Shown here: one piece after another, positions 50,783-63,470 of the stretch
Numbering within the stretch: position 1 is the first letter of the stretch
How the letters are laid out: every line of letters starts with the position of its first letter
From: Octopus bimaculoides
Taxonomy: Eukaryota
Direction of reading: 5' to 3'
Assembly (NCBI RefSeq): GCF_001194135.2
Contig: NC_069005.1
Coordinates: forward strand, 34,218,511-34,282,510
Length of the DNA: 64,000 bases
Notes under the pieces: model-generated
What the model was told of the DNA's origin: nothing
The model's input: only the letters and a program-made list of their open reading frames with translations
The model's database searches: none
Made by a program: the position numbers and the translations under genes

Positions 50783-52166
50783 AAATGCGCTTCTACTACG
50801 TTATTTGTGTAATTACAATTATTTATACATAACCATAACTAAGTTATTTATATAATATATTTGGTTTTAATTATTTTCCTATATTACACATTAAATTTTG
50901 TTTTTCTATGTAGAAATGTGCATTTTTAAAATAATTTTTTTTTTTTTTAGGCGTTCAATTCTATTACGTATCATATTCTAACCCTTCCCCGCTCGTTTTT
51001 CGAATATTTGTCCATTTTACACCACAGCTTTTTCCATTTAATTATATTACATCGCGCCCCTGTGGCTAATATTATTATTGTTTGTGAAAAGAGCGGGTTT
51101 TAGATTTAGTATATGAAAATCACTTTAGATTGTATCGATCGTTGTCAGCAAGGGAAGAAGGAGGTTTTAGAGAAGAGGAAAGAGCATCGGAGAGTGATGG
51201 GTTGTTCAATACAGTCAGATGTTTCGAGAATATTAAAAGCTTTCCAAGAATGTTCTGTCTTCATTTCGGATATTCAAGCCATGACAGGTTCTGTGATAAC
51301 AAAGAGTTTGATTTTTTTTTTTCTTACTGGGGGAAAAGACGAGGAGAGACAGAAAGAGAGAGAAATATGAGGAAAAATAAGAGAGTAACAGACTGGTAAA
51401 CAGAGAGAGAGAGTGATAAAGATAGGAGATGAGAAAAAATGAGAGAAACAGACTGGTAAAGAGAGAGAGGGGGGGGTGAGAGGGAGAAGATATTTCTTCT
51501 GAGTCTAGGTTTGTTGATTTGTTTAGCTGCGACGATTGAAACCTCTCACTTGCAACATCTTCAGTTATTGACTTTGAAAAAATATAAAATGAGAACGGAG
51601 AAAAGTTGAAAGGAAAGTCTGAGTAGGATGTAACAGAAGTTTTACTCTTAACAGAACCAAGAATATGACGAGTTAATCCAAAGAACAAGTCTTCGGTATT
51701 GTGATAACGTCTATGATATCTAACAGACGTAAGGGTTACATATTTAAAAGTGGGGCGAAGGATATAATCGATTTTATTGATACCAGAAATGATCTCGCAA
51801 GCATTTTATCGAACTCAGAAGAATTATTAAAATATCAGCTTTTAATTTCATTTAATTTTATTTAATTTGGAAATATATCAAAAATACAAAACATTGCGTG
51901 GAATCTGAAAGTTTAAATAGAGGAGATATTAAAAGAATGAATTAATGGAGATAAACCAATTCATCTCACAGTCTGAATTTAGGAAAGTAAGGTAACGGGC
52001 TGGAGCGTACTACTATTATACGCAAAAGTATAAGAAATTTGTATGTGATTTAGCGAAAGAAGACAATCACCAGCAGTAATTGTTAGCGACTGTCAAGAAG
52101 TGGAGGTAATGAGTAAAAATTAATCTAATTTCTCAAAGTTAATTTACATGATTGGGGAGAGAACTA

Positions 52167-52390
52167 CAGTAATCCCTCGCCATATTGCGGTTCACCTATT
52201 GCGGTTCATTATTTCAATTTGCGTCGATTCCTCCTCCGTGGTCTGCTTTTACATTTATAATACAATAAATATATTTAAATCATAAAAATATTTTAAAAAT
52301 ACACAGTATAGTACTGTTTTTACTTCTCGGATTTTGACCTATCGCGTGGGGTTTTGGAACGCAACACCTGCGATTGTCGAGGAATCATTG
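52167..52390. mobile_element. Tigger/pogo-like MITE (224 bp)
   Basis: TA|cagtaatccctcgccatattgcgg ... cctgcgattgtcgaggaatcattg|TA: imperfect TIRs, TA target duplication, AT-rich non-coding interior. Confidence 0.8.
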
Positions 52391-53372
52391 TATCTGATCT
52401 ACACAAACAAGGATTTTTTTTTTTTATTAGAGTTAAAAATAATAATTTACGCGCGACACAGATATTTTAAATATTGGTTGCATCTTTCAAACTGGTCGTT
52501 GAGAGTTCAAATCTGAAGGTTGCTATACCAGTTTCAAACGGGGGATTTTCCTTCAAGATTAGAATGAAATTCAAAAATCTACGTCTATTGGCATTATACT
52601 GTTTGTGCCAGTTTTGCATCATTTCTAAGAATGGCACAAGGCCATTTCAGAATTTTAAGTACTACTAGAAAGAGGAGATCGAACGAGGAGGAGATCCTTG
52701 TAGAAACTTGCAAACACTTGCCTGTGAAAGCCCTGCCATTCAAAAGTTCTGCAAACCAGATGCCACTAGGTTTCAGGGCCGCCAGGAAAAAAATCCGTAT
52801 TCTTTCAGGGTCTTTCTCTTAAGGCTCTGCAGTACACCAGCTTCATTCACTGGTGTGAACCCCTCCCCCACCTACTGACTCGATGGACTTGTAAAGTTTA
52901 TGAAAATCATGGCTTTTTTTTTTATTTATGGAACAAAATCGATTTTCAGTTTTGCCTCGGACAACGACCGAGCAGAAGACAATGCGGGCCTGTCCACTAT
53001 TTTGAGATCGATTTTATTTTTCTTGATATTGGCAACTTAATTCGGAATGCTCCATAAAAGCAAAAGACAAAGAATTCATTGAATTTAACATTAGACAACG
53101 ATGAAGCGAGTTCTGTTTGTTTGGGGCGAGTTCTAACTAGGATTGTCAACGTCTGTCTATTGATAGATTTTTGATTTAAATGATGTTTCAAGAAGAAAAT
53201 ATATCAACACAGTTCTTCTTTTGTGCATTAATCTATTGATTGAGGCTTAGAAGGGACAACAGAATTCGAGCGCGTGACGTTTATGCTTTTCCCTCTGTAG
53301 AATATTGGTTTCGACCATTCTAGAGAATGTCGCTAAGCATTTAGCCCCGGGGGAGGGGCTAACGATTCTCCC

Positions 53373-53583
53373 TTCTATTATAGGAACAAGGCCTGAAATT
53401 TGGTGGGAGGGGGCCAGTCGATTAGATCGAACCCAGTACGCAACTAGTACTTAATTTATCGACCCCCGAAAGGATGAAGGACAAAGTTGACCTCGGCGGA
53501 ATTTGAACTCGGAACGTAGCAGCAGACGAAATACCTCTAAGCATTTCGCCCGAGGTGCTAACGATTCTGCCAGCTCACCGCCC
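53373..53583 (-). mobile_element. SINE family B, full length
   Basis: Collinear with 46896-47058 and 30644-30838; an extra head fragment lies at 53331-53370. Confidence 0.92.
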
Positions 53584-53794
53584 TCCCTCTCTAAGATATT
53601 AAAAGGTGAATTATCAAAACATAAACCCAATACGAATCTCACATCCATGTCTACTTCTGTGTGAAGGGGTTTATGACATTAACGGTTAATAATGGGTAAA
53701 GAAAAAAAAATTGCTTCAATTAAAACCAATTCCAAAAATGAAAAAAAAAACCAGTTCTGCTAATATTGAAACTAATTAACGGTATATCCGGAAC

Positions 53795-54070
53795 TTAATT
53801 CCTTGCAGACTGAATCGGTCGCATTATTGCAAGAATACTGAAGATTACACTGGTCAGAATTAGGAATTTCTCTCTTATTTCTTGTGGCATCGAATTAATT
53901 CGGCATGAGTGACGCTTATTTAGATATTCCAGTTCTTGATAGAAAACATCATCTTCGTAGCTTTTACATTTCTCCACCAGTTCCTCATTCTGAGACACGT
54001 AGGCAGAGAGATTATCCAAAGATTGTTTGCAATAATCAGCCACTTGTTGTAACTTGGAAAACGATTCTTC
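53795..54070 (-). CDS. Candidate terminal coding exon, 91 aa, helical with hydrophobic C-tail
   Basis: Long U/C tract then ccccgcag acceptor; open frame EESFSKLQQVADYCKQSLDNLSAYVSQNEELVEKCKSYEDDVFYQELEYL...FLILTSVIFSILAIMRPIQSARN*; non-repetitive; no family recognised. Confidence 0.4.
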   Translation of the reverse strand, partial: EESFSKLQQVADYCKQSLDNLSAYVSQNEELVEKCKSYEDDVFYQELEYLNKRHSCRINSMPQEIREKFLILTSVIFSILAIMRPIQSARN

Positions 54071-54162
54071 CTGCGGGGGACAAATTGAAAAAGAAAAAAA
54101 AAAGATTTTTAAAAAAATGTAGAACAAATAAAAACAATTTAAGATTTTCAGGTTGGTTCTAA

Positions 54163-54232
54163 AAGTTATTTAGCTCCAGGTCAGCAATGATTAGATTTAT
54201 GGTCAAAGTTATTCCAACAATGACCATCCAAC
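54163..54232 (-). mobile_element. SINE-like family D 3' end
   Basis: Reverse strand ggatggtcattgttggaataactttgaccataaatctaatcattgctgacctggagctaaataa. Confidence 0.55.
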
Positions 54233-54299
54233 CTTAAGAACAAAAAGAGTATACATTAAAAGTTAATCTCACATGGAGAGTAACCATGGAGAGCAATTA

Positions 54300-54495
54300 A
54301 TTACGGACCAACTAGCAAAGGAAAGTGGTCGCTAAACCTGCTAGAAATAGCAATCACATTTTTTCTCACATGCTACAATCTTAATACTGGCAGGGATACA
54401 TTAGTGCAGAGCATCTGAAAATACCGAAGGCTGGAATCCCTGTCATCATAAATCCGCTGGGCTACAACTAATCCTAATTCTGTCTAAATAACACC
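54300..54495 (+). mobile_element. SINE-like family D
   Basis: gtggtcgctaaacctgctagaaatagc...ggctggaatccctgtcatcataaatc...ctaaataac. Confidence 0.55.
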
Positions 54496-56965
54496 ATTTC
54501 TGATCCGACCGGCTTGAAAAATGGAAGGATTTTAGACAAGGTGCTTCTGTATGCAAGCTATTTGAAAGAAAGGAAAAAAAAAAAAAAAAAACGGTCACAC
54601 CTGGAACGGTTTTATTGTTGGTCATCTAGATCAGATTTGATCTACGAGTACACACACTTGTAGAGAAAGAAGATGTTGAGGGATTACTGCCTTCTGCTTG
54701 TAGTTTCAACTGAAACGGAAATCACCGGTCCGTCATCTCACCAAAAACCTACCAGGGAATGTATTACAAGGATAATATGAGGTTTTATTGAGAGAAAGAA
54801 GTTGAATGTGAAAGGGGCCTAAATTGTGNNNNNNNNNNNNNNNNNNNNNNNNNNNNNNNNNNNNNNNNNNNNNNNNNNNNNNNNNNNNNNNNNNNNNNNN
54901 NNNNNNNNNNNNNNNNNNNNNNNNNNNNNNNNNNNNNNNNNNNNNNNNNNNNNNNNNNNNNNNNNNNNNNNNNNNNNNNNNNNNNNNNNNNNNNNNNNNN
55001 NNNNNNNNNNNNNNNNNNNNNNNTTTTGCGATTAGCTATGGTTTTTTTCTATCTTCGTAGTGTAGTGATGGCAACCGAATCTTTTAATCAGGACTCCGAG
55101 TTTAACGATTGCGAGAGAAAGAAAGAACGAACTGATAAATTTGTACAGCAGAAAGGAAAGCAACAGAGACACGTTTTTCTTTGTTTTTTCCTCCTCAACA
55201 GCTAAGAAACTCTCTCTCCTCACTGCAGACAAAAAAAAAAAAAAAACCAAACGGTCAGATTCTGTGACGCATGAATTCATTGGCAGACATTAACTTCTTA
55301 AGACTAAGTTTCCCCAAACACTTATCCTTTCTTTAGTCAGCCACCACACACAAACATACACACACACACAGACGTGCCGTAAAGTGACATGCGAAGGATT
55401 TAACCAACTTTAATAACACGTAAAAATACTCCCCGGCCCACGGTGGAAGTTCAAAAATGTTGAAATACAATGAAACATTTGGAGTCAATATTCCTCGCCT
55501 TGAAACGTAAAAACTTAGTGGAATCTTGCTTTTTCTGGCCATTATTTCTATTAGCGTATTCCAATATAAATATTCCACATCAATAATTGATCTTTCCTTC
55601 GTCAATAAGTAATATTTTATCCAACATAAGAAATATACTCCCAACCATCCAAAAGAAAAAAAAAGGATAAAGAAAAATGTTCGAAAATAAAATTTAAAAA
55701 AACGATGCTCATTGGTGCATAGCGGTGTTGGTGGTGGCGTGTTTTAATAAAATACATCGTTACTGGGAGGAGTGATGTATCGGTTTTAATTCGTGCAACT
55801 GGTTATCTCTGTCGAAGAATCTCTGGAGAGGAAGTAGAGAGCAGAAAAGAAAAAAAAAATACTCTTCCCACACAGAGAGAGAGAGAGAGAGATGGGAGAG
55901 GGGTTCTATTATTAGAGTTTGGAGGAGAAGAATGCTATATACAAATCTACTCATACAGAAAGCATGCATACACACACACACATATAAGCCTACAACATGC
56001 ATTTGTACAGGCAACGAACGAAAGAGAACGCTGGGCATCGGAATGGCTTTGGGGGTGGGTAGAGTGCTTGCTTTCTTATAACGTTGTTCTGCGTTCAATC
56101 CTATGACGGGGTTTCCTGCCTCTAGAGCATAATGTTTAATAAAAATTAAATCTAAAATGTTAGATTTTTGTTGAAAACGAAGATTATTATTGCAGTTTGG
56201 CTTCGGGTTCTTTTGGTCTAAATCTCTAACAATAATGTTAATTCAAGGCTAAACAGGGGGAGGGGATTTCAGATCACAAGTATCTTTTNNNNNNNNNNNN
56301 NNNNNNNNNNNNNNNNNNNNNNNNNNNNNNNNNNNNNNNNNNNNNNNNNNNNNNNNNNNNNNNNNNNNNNNNNNNNNNNNNNNNNNNNNNNNNNNNNNNN
56401 NNNNNNNNNNNNNNNNNNNNNNNNNNNNNNNNNNNNNNNNNNNNNNNNNNNNNNNNNNNNNNNNNNNNNNNNNNNNNNNNNNNNNNNNNNNNNNNNNNNN
56501 NNNNNNNNNNNNNNNNNNNNNNNNNNNNNNNNNNNNNNNNNNNNNNNNNNNNNNNNNNNNNNNNNNNNNNNNNNNNNNNNNNNNNNNNNNNNNNNNNNNN
56601 NNNNNNNNNNNNNNNNNNNNNNNNNNNNNNNNNNNNNNNNNNNNNNNNNNNNNNNNNNNNNNNNNNNNNNNNNNNNNNNNNNNNNNNNNNNNNNNNNNNN
56701 NNNNNNNNNNNNNNTGGTAATTAAAGAACGTTTCAGGGAAACCCGTGTGTTCATAATTCCCTGCCAAAGTATGATGACACCGATTCCAAAAGATTCTCTC
56801 AAGCTAGAACCGACCAAACGCTGTTCCTCCTACAAAAGTTTATAATGGATTCATCATTAAAATAATAAAACATTCCAAGCAATAATTAGAATATTTCTAA
56901 AGACTGAAATAAGATCGGATTTTCTAATATTCAAATGTCATTCTTTTAACACAAATTTCTTTAAT

Positions 56966-57130
56966 TTTGGTTTCAAATTTTGGCAGAAAGTCAGCAATTT
57001 GGTGGGAGGGGATAAGTCGACTACATGGACCCTGGTGGTCGACTGGTACTTATTTCCTTGACCCCCGAAAGGATGAAAGGCAAAGTAGACCTAGCAGAAT
57101 TTGAACTCAGAAAGTGCAGACGGACGAAAT
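56966..57130 (-). mobile_element. SINE family B, 5'-truncated
   Basis: cccccgaaaggatgaaaggcaaagtagacctagcagaatttgaactcag. Confidence 0.85.
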
Positions 57131-57494
57131 TTTTGAATTACTTATAATATTCTTTTCTACTCTATGGAACCAAAAGTCTTATGGTAAAAGCTTTGGCACA
57201 GTAGAGGTGAGATTCCCAAGTGAACAACCGGACAAAAAAAAATGTCACGCCAACCCTGAAGATCGAGAAATTGCATAAGATCCCCACGAACTGCGGTCGA
57301 AGAGTTGTCAGAGTGAAGGTAGAAGAGGTAGAGATCTCCTTAGTGGCAGCGGCCGTATTGTATGGCATAGAATAGCGATGTAAAATTCTTGTAAGAAGGT
57401 AACACAAAAAGAAAATTGGTACCGTATTGGTTGGGATGGGAATCTTATTGCAAGCGGATTTCGAAACTGCACAGGAGATCCCACGTATCATCGT

Positions 57495-57612
57495 TTTCCG
57501 TGGCTGGATCGCAGCAATGTACAGCTACATTTGCTCGGTAGTTCGGTGGAATGGTTACCTATCAGAACCTTTCAACATCAGGCGTTCGGTCCGTCAAGGG
57601 TGTCCCCTCTCG
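57495..57612 (+). mobile_element. L1/Tx1-clade LINE reverse transcriptase fragment
   Basis: GWIAAMYSYICSVVRWNGYLSEPFNIRRSVRQGCPLS = RT motif W...LY....S.V..NG.LS.PF...RGVRQGCPLS. Confidence 0.85.
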
Positions 57613-57695
57613 TCTAGAACCACTTTTGCGGAAATTGGAGGCGTTGAGAGGCAACGTAAAAAAAGAATGATTAAAATTCAAATTCTTCGCAGATT

Positions 57696-57817
57696 GACTT
57701 AGCTTTTCATCCTTCCGGAGTCGATGAAATAAATATCGGTCGAACATTGAGGGTTGATTATTTCGACAAAACCTCGCCCTAAAAAAAACTTCAGGCCTTG
57801 TTCCTATTGTAGAAGAG

Positions 57818-57864
<47 letters not shown>

Positions 57865-57876
57865 GACTACTACTAC
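57696..57876 (+). mobile_element. SINE family B 3' half followed by (CTA)n tract
   Basis: cttttcatccttccggagtcgatgaaataaa...caggccttgttcctattgtagaagag-(act)n. Confidence 0.75.
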
Positions 57877-58326
57877 AACTTGTGTCCACTGAAGCACGTG
57901 CTAGGATACGTCACGTGGTCTCCCGTGGCTTGGGGAATCGATTTTCACACAGTTTCAATTACTTCACTTACAATTGCTAATGTCCTCGTACACATGGGAT
58001 TGATGCTGTATGTAAGTGCGCATAGATGCATGTGTATGTATCGTGTGTTCGTATGTATTACTGTGTGTATAGTTGGGATTCTTAGCTGGTTTCTGTGTGT
58101 CTGTGTGTTTGGATATGCATGGTCATGTGACATGCGTGCACGAATATTTATCTCCCAATGTTTATATTGTTGGAAACGCCAAATGAATGCACGCGCGAAT
58201 GAGTCTTGAAATATACCATTGCATTCGTTCATGTATACATACAGACATACATATAGACATGTGGGAACACATATACATACATATATATATGTTACGTATA
58301 TGTATGTTTGTACGTACACACACATA

Positions 58327-58362
<36 letters not shown>

Positions 58363-58816
58363 TCACATAGACATATATATTCATGTATGTATGCATGTGC
58401 GTATGTATCTATGTATATGAATGCATGTATGTTTAATGCTTGGTTGTATCATGCTGACACACTGATGTGAGAAGCCGTTAAAGGGAAGAGTTAAAGAAAG
58501 TACTCAATACCGTTAATTAATGTGGAATAATAACCCAGGATTTACCTAAAGGTATAGAATGAAGAACTTCGTCAAGCATAGCTGATCTCATTTCACTCCC
58601 CCTCTCTCTATCTCTCCCTCTTTCTCCCTCTCGCCTCTTTCTCTCCCCCTTTCCCTCTCCCTTTATCTCTCCCTTTACAAATTCTAAAGCCACCTCAGAT
58701 GTCCGATTGTTCACGTTATGATCCTTCTTGTCAATCTTGTAATTGTTATTCTTGTTGATGTTGTCGTATTAACTGTTACTTTTGTATTGATTGCTACAAT
58801 TTGTTGCGTCTAAGAT

Positions 58817-58888
<72 letters not shown>

Positions 58889-59254
58889 TGTTGTTGTTCC
58901 CACTCTCCCATAAGCAACGTCACGTGGATTATTAAAAGTACGAAATTGAAGAAGTCACTGGTGTGTCTCCCTTTATTATCTGCATTTGTTACGTCCCATC
59001 CTTCTCCCCACCAACCTGCCCCCATCCCTGGGGATATTTCAGGTGAACAATATACTAGATTAGTGAACGGTGGGGGATGAGGTTGAGATGGTAGGGAGTA
59101 GTCTTGTAGCCGTTGCCTGGCCCCTATCTTTACTATTCACAGTTCAATGGTTTCGGGGCCAGCAACTGAGATATTCTCATCTATTTATATACATACATTT
59201 GTATGTGTGTATGTCTATGCATGTCTATGTTTGCAGACATATATGCATACATAC

Positions 59255-59303
<49 letters not shown>

Positions 59304-59545
59304 GATAAATAGATAGGCATATGAGTATGTGTCTTACATATATATGCATATATACACACAAACACACACATACTCACTCAAACAAACACACACACACACA
59401 TACACACGCATATATAACAGGTTTTGTCAATGGTTACAAATATACACATATGTATTCATACATATAGACACGCGGGCGAGCGCACTCATATAAACACACA
59501 TACGCATACGTATCGCTCTCCGTACGAAAATGTATTCATGCACAC

Positions 59546-59593
<48 letters not shown>

Positions 59594-59774
59594 CGAGGGA
59601 AAGAGAGAGAAAGAAGCTGGAAGAGAGCTAGAAATGACAGTTATCGCAACAGTTCCATTTTGGTTCATTTAGTCCGCAGCATATGGACACAATAAATGCT
59701 TAGAAGACACACGTTTTTATGTTGGACATTCACCGCTACACAACGATGTCCTGTCCTTGGCCTGCTTACGTTTC

Positions 59775-59945
59775 ATTTGGTCCGTCCTTACGTTCTGAGT
59801 TCAAATTCCACCGGAGTCGGCTTTGCCTTCCATTCTTTCGAGGTCGATGAAATAGGTACCAATTACGCTCTGGGGTCGATGTAATCGACTACCCCTCCCC
59901 CCCCACCGCCCCATCACCCGAAATTACTGGCCTTGTGCCAAAATT
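59775..59945 (+). mobile_element. SINE family B (head eroded)
   Basis: ccgtccttacgttctgagttcaaattccaccggagtcggctttgcc...ggccttgtgccaaaa. Confidence 0.85.
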
Positions 59946-59949
59946 ATTC

Positions 59950-60146
59950 TTTTCTACTTTTGGCACAAGGCCTAAAATTTTGGGGGAAGGGGGACAGTCG
60001 ATTAGATCGACCCCAGTCGCAACTGATACTTTATCGACTCCGAGAAGCAAAGTCGACCTCGGCGGAATTTGAACTCAGAACGTAAAGACAGACGAAATAA
60101 CGCTATGTATTTCGCCCGGCATGCTAACGTTTCTGCCAACTCGCCG
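59950..60146 (-). mobile_element. SINE family B, tail-to-tail with preceding copy
   Basis: ttttggcacaaggcc...gtcgacctcggcggaatttgaactcagaacg...gctaacgtttctgccaactcgccg. Confidence 0.9.
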
Positions 60147-60240
60147 CGTTCTGAACTCTTTAAAATAAATAAATACACGTAATATAATGTCTAACAGCTG
60201 ATGAATTCTACCTCTGGATTCCCTCCATTCTCTTCTTGCC

Positions 60241-60301
<61 letters not shown>

Positions 60302-60469
60302 TATACATATATATGTGGGTGTGTGTATGTGTATGTGTATGTGAGTGTTCTGTTTCCTATTATATTTTCTCTGTACTATAATATAAAGGTGTGTGTATGT
60401 GTATTACTGGCGGAATGATACATGGCAACAGTGGTTAAGTGAGAGATGCAGTTTATTGTTAAGCAAGGT

Positions 60470-60850
60470 GATAGGGGTGGTGGGGGCGATATTAGTGGTA
60501 GCGGTAGTGGTGTTGGTGGTGTTGGTGTTGGTGGTGTTGGTGTTGGCGTTCAGAGGCGTACAGGTTGGAGGGGTGAGGCGGAATTCATGGTAGTGGTGAC
60601 GGTTGTGACATGGTTGTGAGTGGGGTGGGGAATATTAATAGTTGTAACTGTGACAGTACTGGTGTTGGTGGTGGTGGTGGTGGTGATAGTCATTATAGTG
60701 GCAGTAGTTGGGTGGTGCTCATGTTGGTTGCGGTGATGATGGTAGTGGTGGTCGTCGTTATGGTGGTGACGATGGTAGTGGTGGTCGTGGTCGTAGTAGT
60801 GGTGGTCGTGGTTTTGGTGGTGGTGATGGAATTAGTGGTGGTTGTGGTGG
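60470..60850. repeat. Cryptic (GGT/GTT)n low-complexity block
   Basis: Direct reading; source of the poly-Val/Gly ORFs. Confidence 0.85.
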
Positions 60851-61368
60851 AACTGTGGAAGGCGGTTTGTGTTTTAAATAGCTTTATGGAAATTAGTATT
60901 TGAAAACGGTCGGAATGGAATTAGGAGAGAAGAGAGAGAATTCTTGGCCGAAACTTAAAGCCTCAAAGAACTGATTGTTGCAGAACAAAGATTCGGTTTG
61001 AAATGTAGTTTTAATCTTATTCACAATGTTAATATCACGAAACATTTGCGGTTTAGATATTTCGACTTTCTTACACTCCCACCAACCACCCAGCACCAAA
61101 CACACTCACACACTTACCTACAGTTGTATATATGTATATATATATGTAAGTGTGTGTCTTAGGCGTCTATAGGTATTTCTCCTTTTCTTCTTCTTATCTC
61201 CCTCTATCTATGTATCTGTCCGTGTGTCTGCCAATTTGTATGTTTATCGGTCTTTACAATATTGCCGTCTCATATATGAACACGTATAAACCGTACCACC
61301 TATCCATCCATCTATCTATCAACCTATCTATTCTATACCGTGTGTATCCATATGTATATGGAAGCGTG

Positions 61369-61411
<43 letters not shown>

Positions 61412-61566
61412 TCAAAGAGAAAGAAGGAATCACATAAGATGAAAGCTACCTCAGGCATATTGGCAAAAGAAAACGTAGAGGTTGACGTAGCAAGTTAAGG
61501 CTTAAGCACACACACAAACACACACACATACATGCATACTGTCATATATATGTACATATAACGATG

Positions 61567-61629
<63 letters not shown>

Positions 61630-62854
61630 GTATGTCTGTGTGCGTTTATGTATCCCTATGATATTTGAAGTAGATAAAAAGGAATAAACAGACCGATGAA
61701 GACGCTTGTTCATACGTTTAAATAATATCATGTATTCAGGTTACGCTATCATCTGGCAGACACTGAACTTTCTATATACCTTATATATTCATGTAAATAC
61801 ACACACACACNNNNNNNNNNNNNNNNNNNNNNNNNNNNNNNNNNNNNNNNNNNNNNNNNNNNNNNNNNNNNNNNNNNNNNNNNNNNNNNNNNNNNNNNNN
61901 NNNNNNNNNNNNNNNNNNNNNNNNNNNNNNNNNNNNNNNNNNNNNNNNNNNNNNNNNNNNNNNNNNNNNNNNNNNNNNNNNNNNNNNNNNNNNNNNNNNN
62001 NNNNNNNNNNNNNNNNNNNNNNNNNNNNNNNNNNNNNNNNNNNNNNNNNNNNNNNNNNNNNNNNNNNNNNNNNNNNNNNNNNNNNNNNNNNNNNNNNNNN
62101 NNNNNNNNNNNNNNNNNNNNNNNNNNNNNNNNNNNNNNNNNNNNNNNNNNNNNNNNNNNNNNNNNNNNNNNNNNNNNNNNNNNNNNNNNNNNNNNNNNNN
62201 NNNNNNNNNNNNNNNNNNNNNNNNNNNNNNNNNNNNNNNNNNNNNNNNNNNNNNNNNNNNNNNNNNNNNNNNNNNNNNNNNNNNNNNNNNNNNNNNNNNN
62301 NNNNNNNNNNNNNNNNNNNNNNNNNNNNNNNNNNNNNNNNNNNNNNNNNNNNNNNNNNNNNNNNNNNNNNNNNNNNNNNNNNNNNNNNNNNNNNNNNNNN
62401 NNNNNNNNNNNNNNNNNNNNNNNNNNNNNNNNNNNNNNNNNNNNNNNNNNNNNNNNNNNNNNNNNNNNNNNNNNNNNNNNNNNNNNNNNNNNNNNNNNNN
62501 NNNNNNNNNNNNNNNNNNNNNNNNNNNNNNNNNNNNNNNNNNNNNNNNNNNNNNNNNNNNNNNNNNNNNNNNNNNNNNNNNNNNNNNNNNNNNNNNNNNN
62601 NNNNNNNNNNNNNNNNNNNNNNNNNNNNNNNNNNNNNNNNNNNNNNNNNNNNNNNNNNNNNTTCAGATCAATTCAAATCAATTTTAATCAAAAAGTCCAG
62701 CTTTTTTGATATCCTCAAAATGAGCAGGTGATTTGTTTATATAAGTATTCATAAATGCACGTGTGTGTGTGTGTGTGTGTATGCGCGTGTGTGTGTGTGT
62801 GTATGTGTGTTTGTGCATGTCCTCTATCTCTTACGTGGACGATTTGTTTCTAGG

Positions 62855-63058
62855 GATCAAATGTTCGTGCCGTGCATTACCTCACCTGTCCCCGCCATCA
62901 AACCGACGTTGCCTGAACCGATGCACCACAGTGCACCATGTGTCAGTTTTCGAAGTGCTTGAAGAGCAATGTGAGATGAAGTGTTTTGCACCACTCGATC
63001 TAGGAATTGAAACTGCGATCTCGCGATCCTGAGTGCAAAACCTTAACCACTAGGCCAT
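62855..63058 (-). mobile_element. SINE family C (tRNA head + CORE-like domain), degenerate
   Basis: Reverse strand tggcctagtggttaagg (A-box)...gtttcaattcc (B-box-like)...gcaaaacacttcatctcacattgctc. Confidence 0.75.
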
Positions 63059-63261
63059 ATAAATATATATATATATACAGATGCATATAAGATATGTACT
63101 ATAATTAGTTGTTTTAATTTTATTTAGGTTGTATAATTTTAAATTAATTTATATTAATTTTCTTTGAAACTTATTGACTTTTCTGCAACATAAAGACTGC
63201 TTTAGAAATGCATTCATGCCGTAATTTGTGTTATATTTTTCAGATATAGCACCATGCATAC

Positions 63262-63470
63262 CAGCTTCCCGTCGTTATCCAAGGGAAAGGCAAAGGGACC
63301 GATACAACCAGTGACGTCACAACTCATTTCCACAGCTGAGTGAACTGGAGCAACGTGAAAATAAAGTGTCTTGCTCAAGAACACAACACACGATCCAGTC
63401 CGTGATTCGAGCTCACAACCTCATGATTGTGAACCCGACAATCTACCCACTGAACCATGCGCCTTCCACA
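63262..63470 (-). mobile_element. SINE family C (tRNA head + CORE-like domain)
   Basis: Reverse strand ggcgcatggttcagtgggtag...gctcgaatcac...gttcttgagcaagacactttattttcacgttgctccagttcactcagctg (CORE-like). Confidence 0.85.

Noticed and set aside
57255-57280. CTGAAGA-TCGA-GAAA
   Set aside because: No purine-pyrimidine closing pair, and no stem I or III
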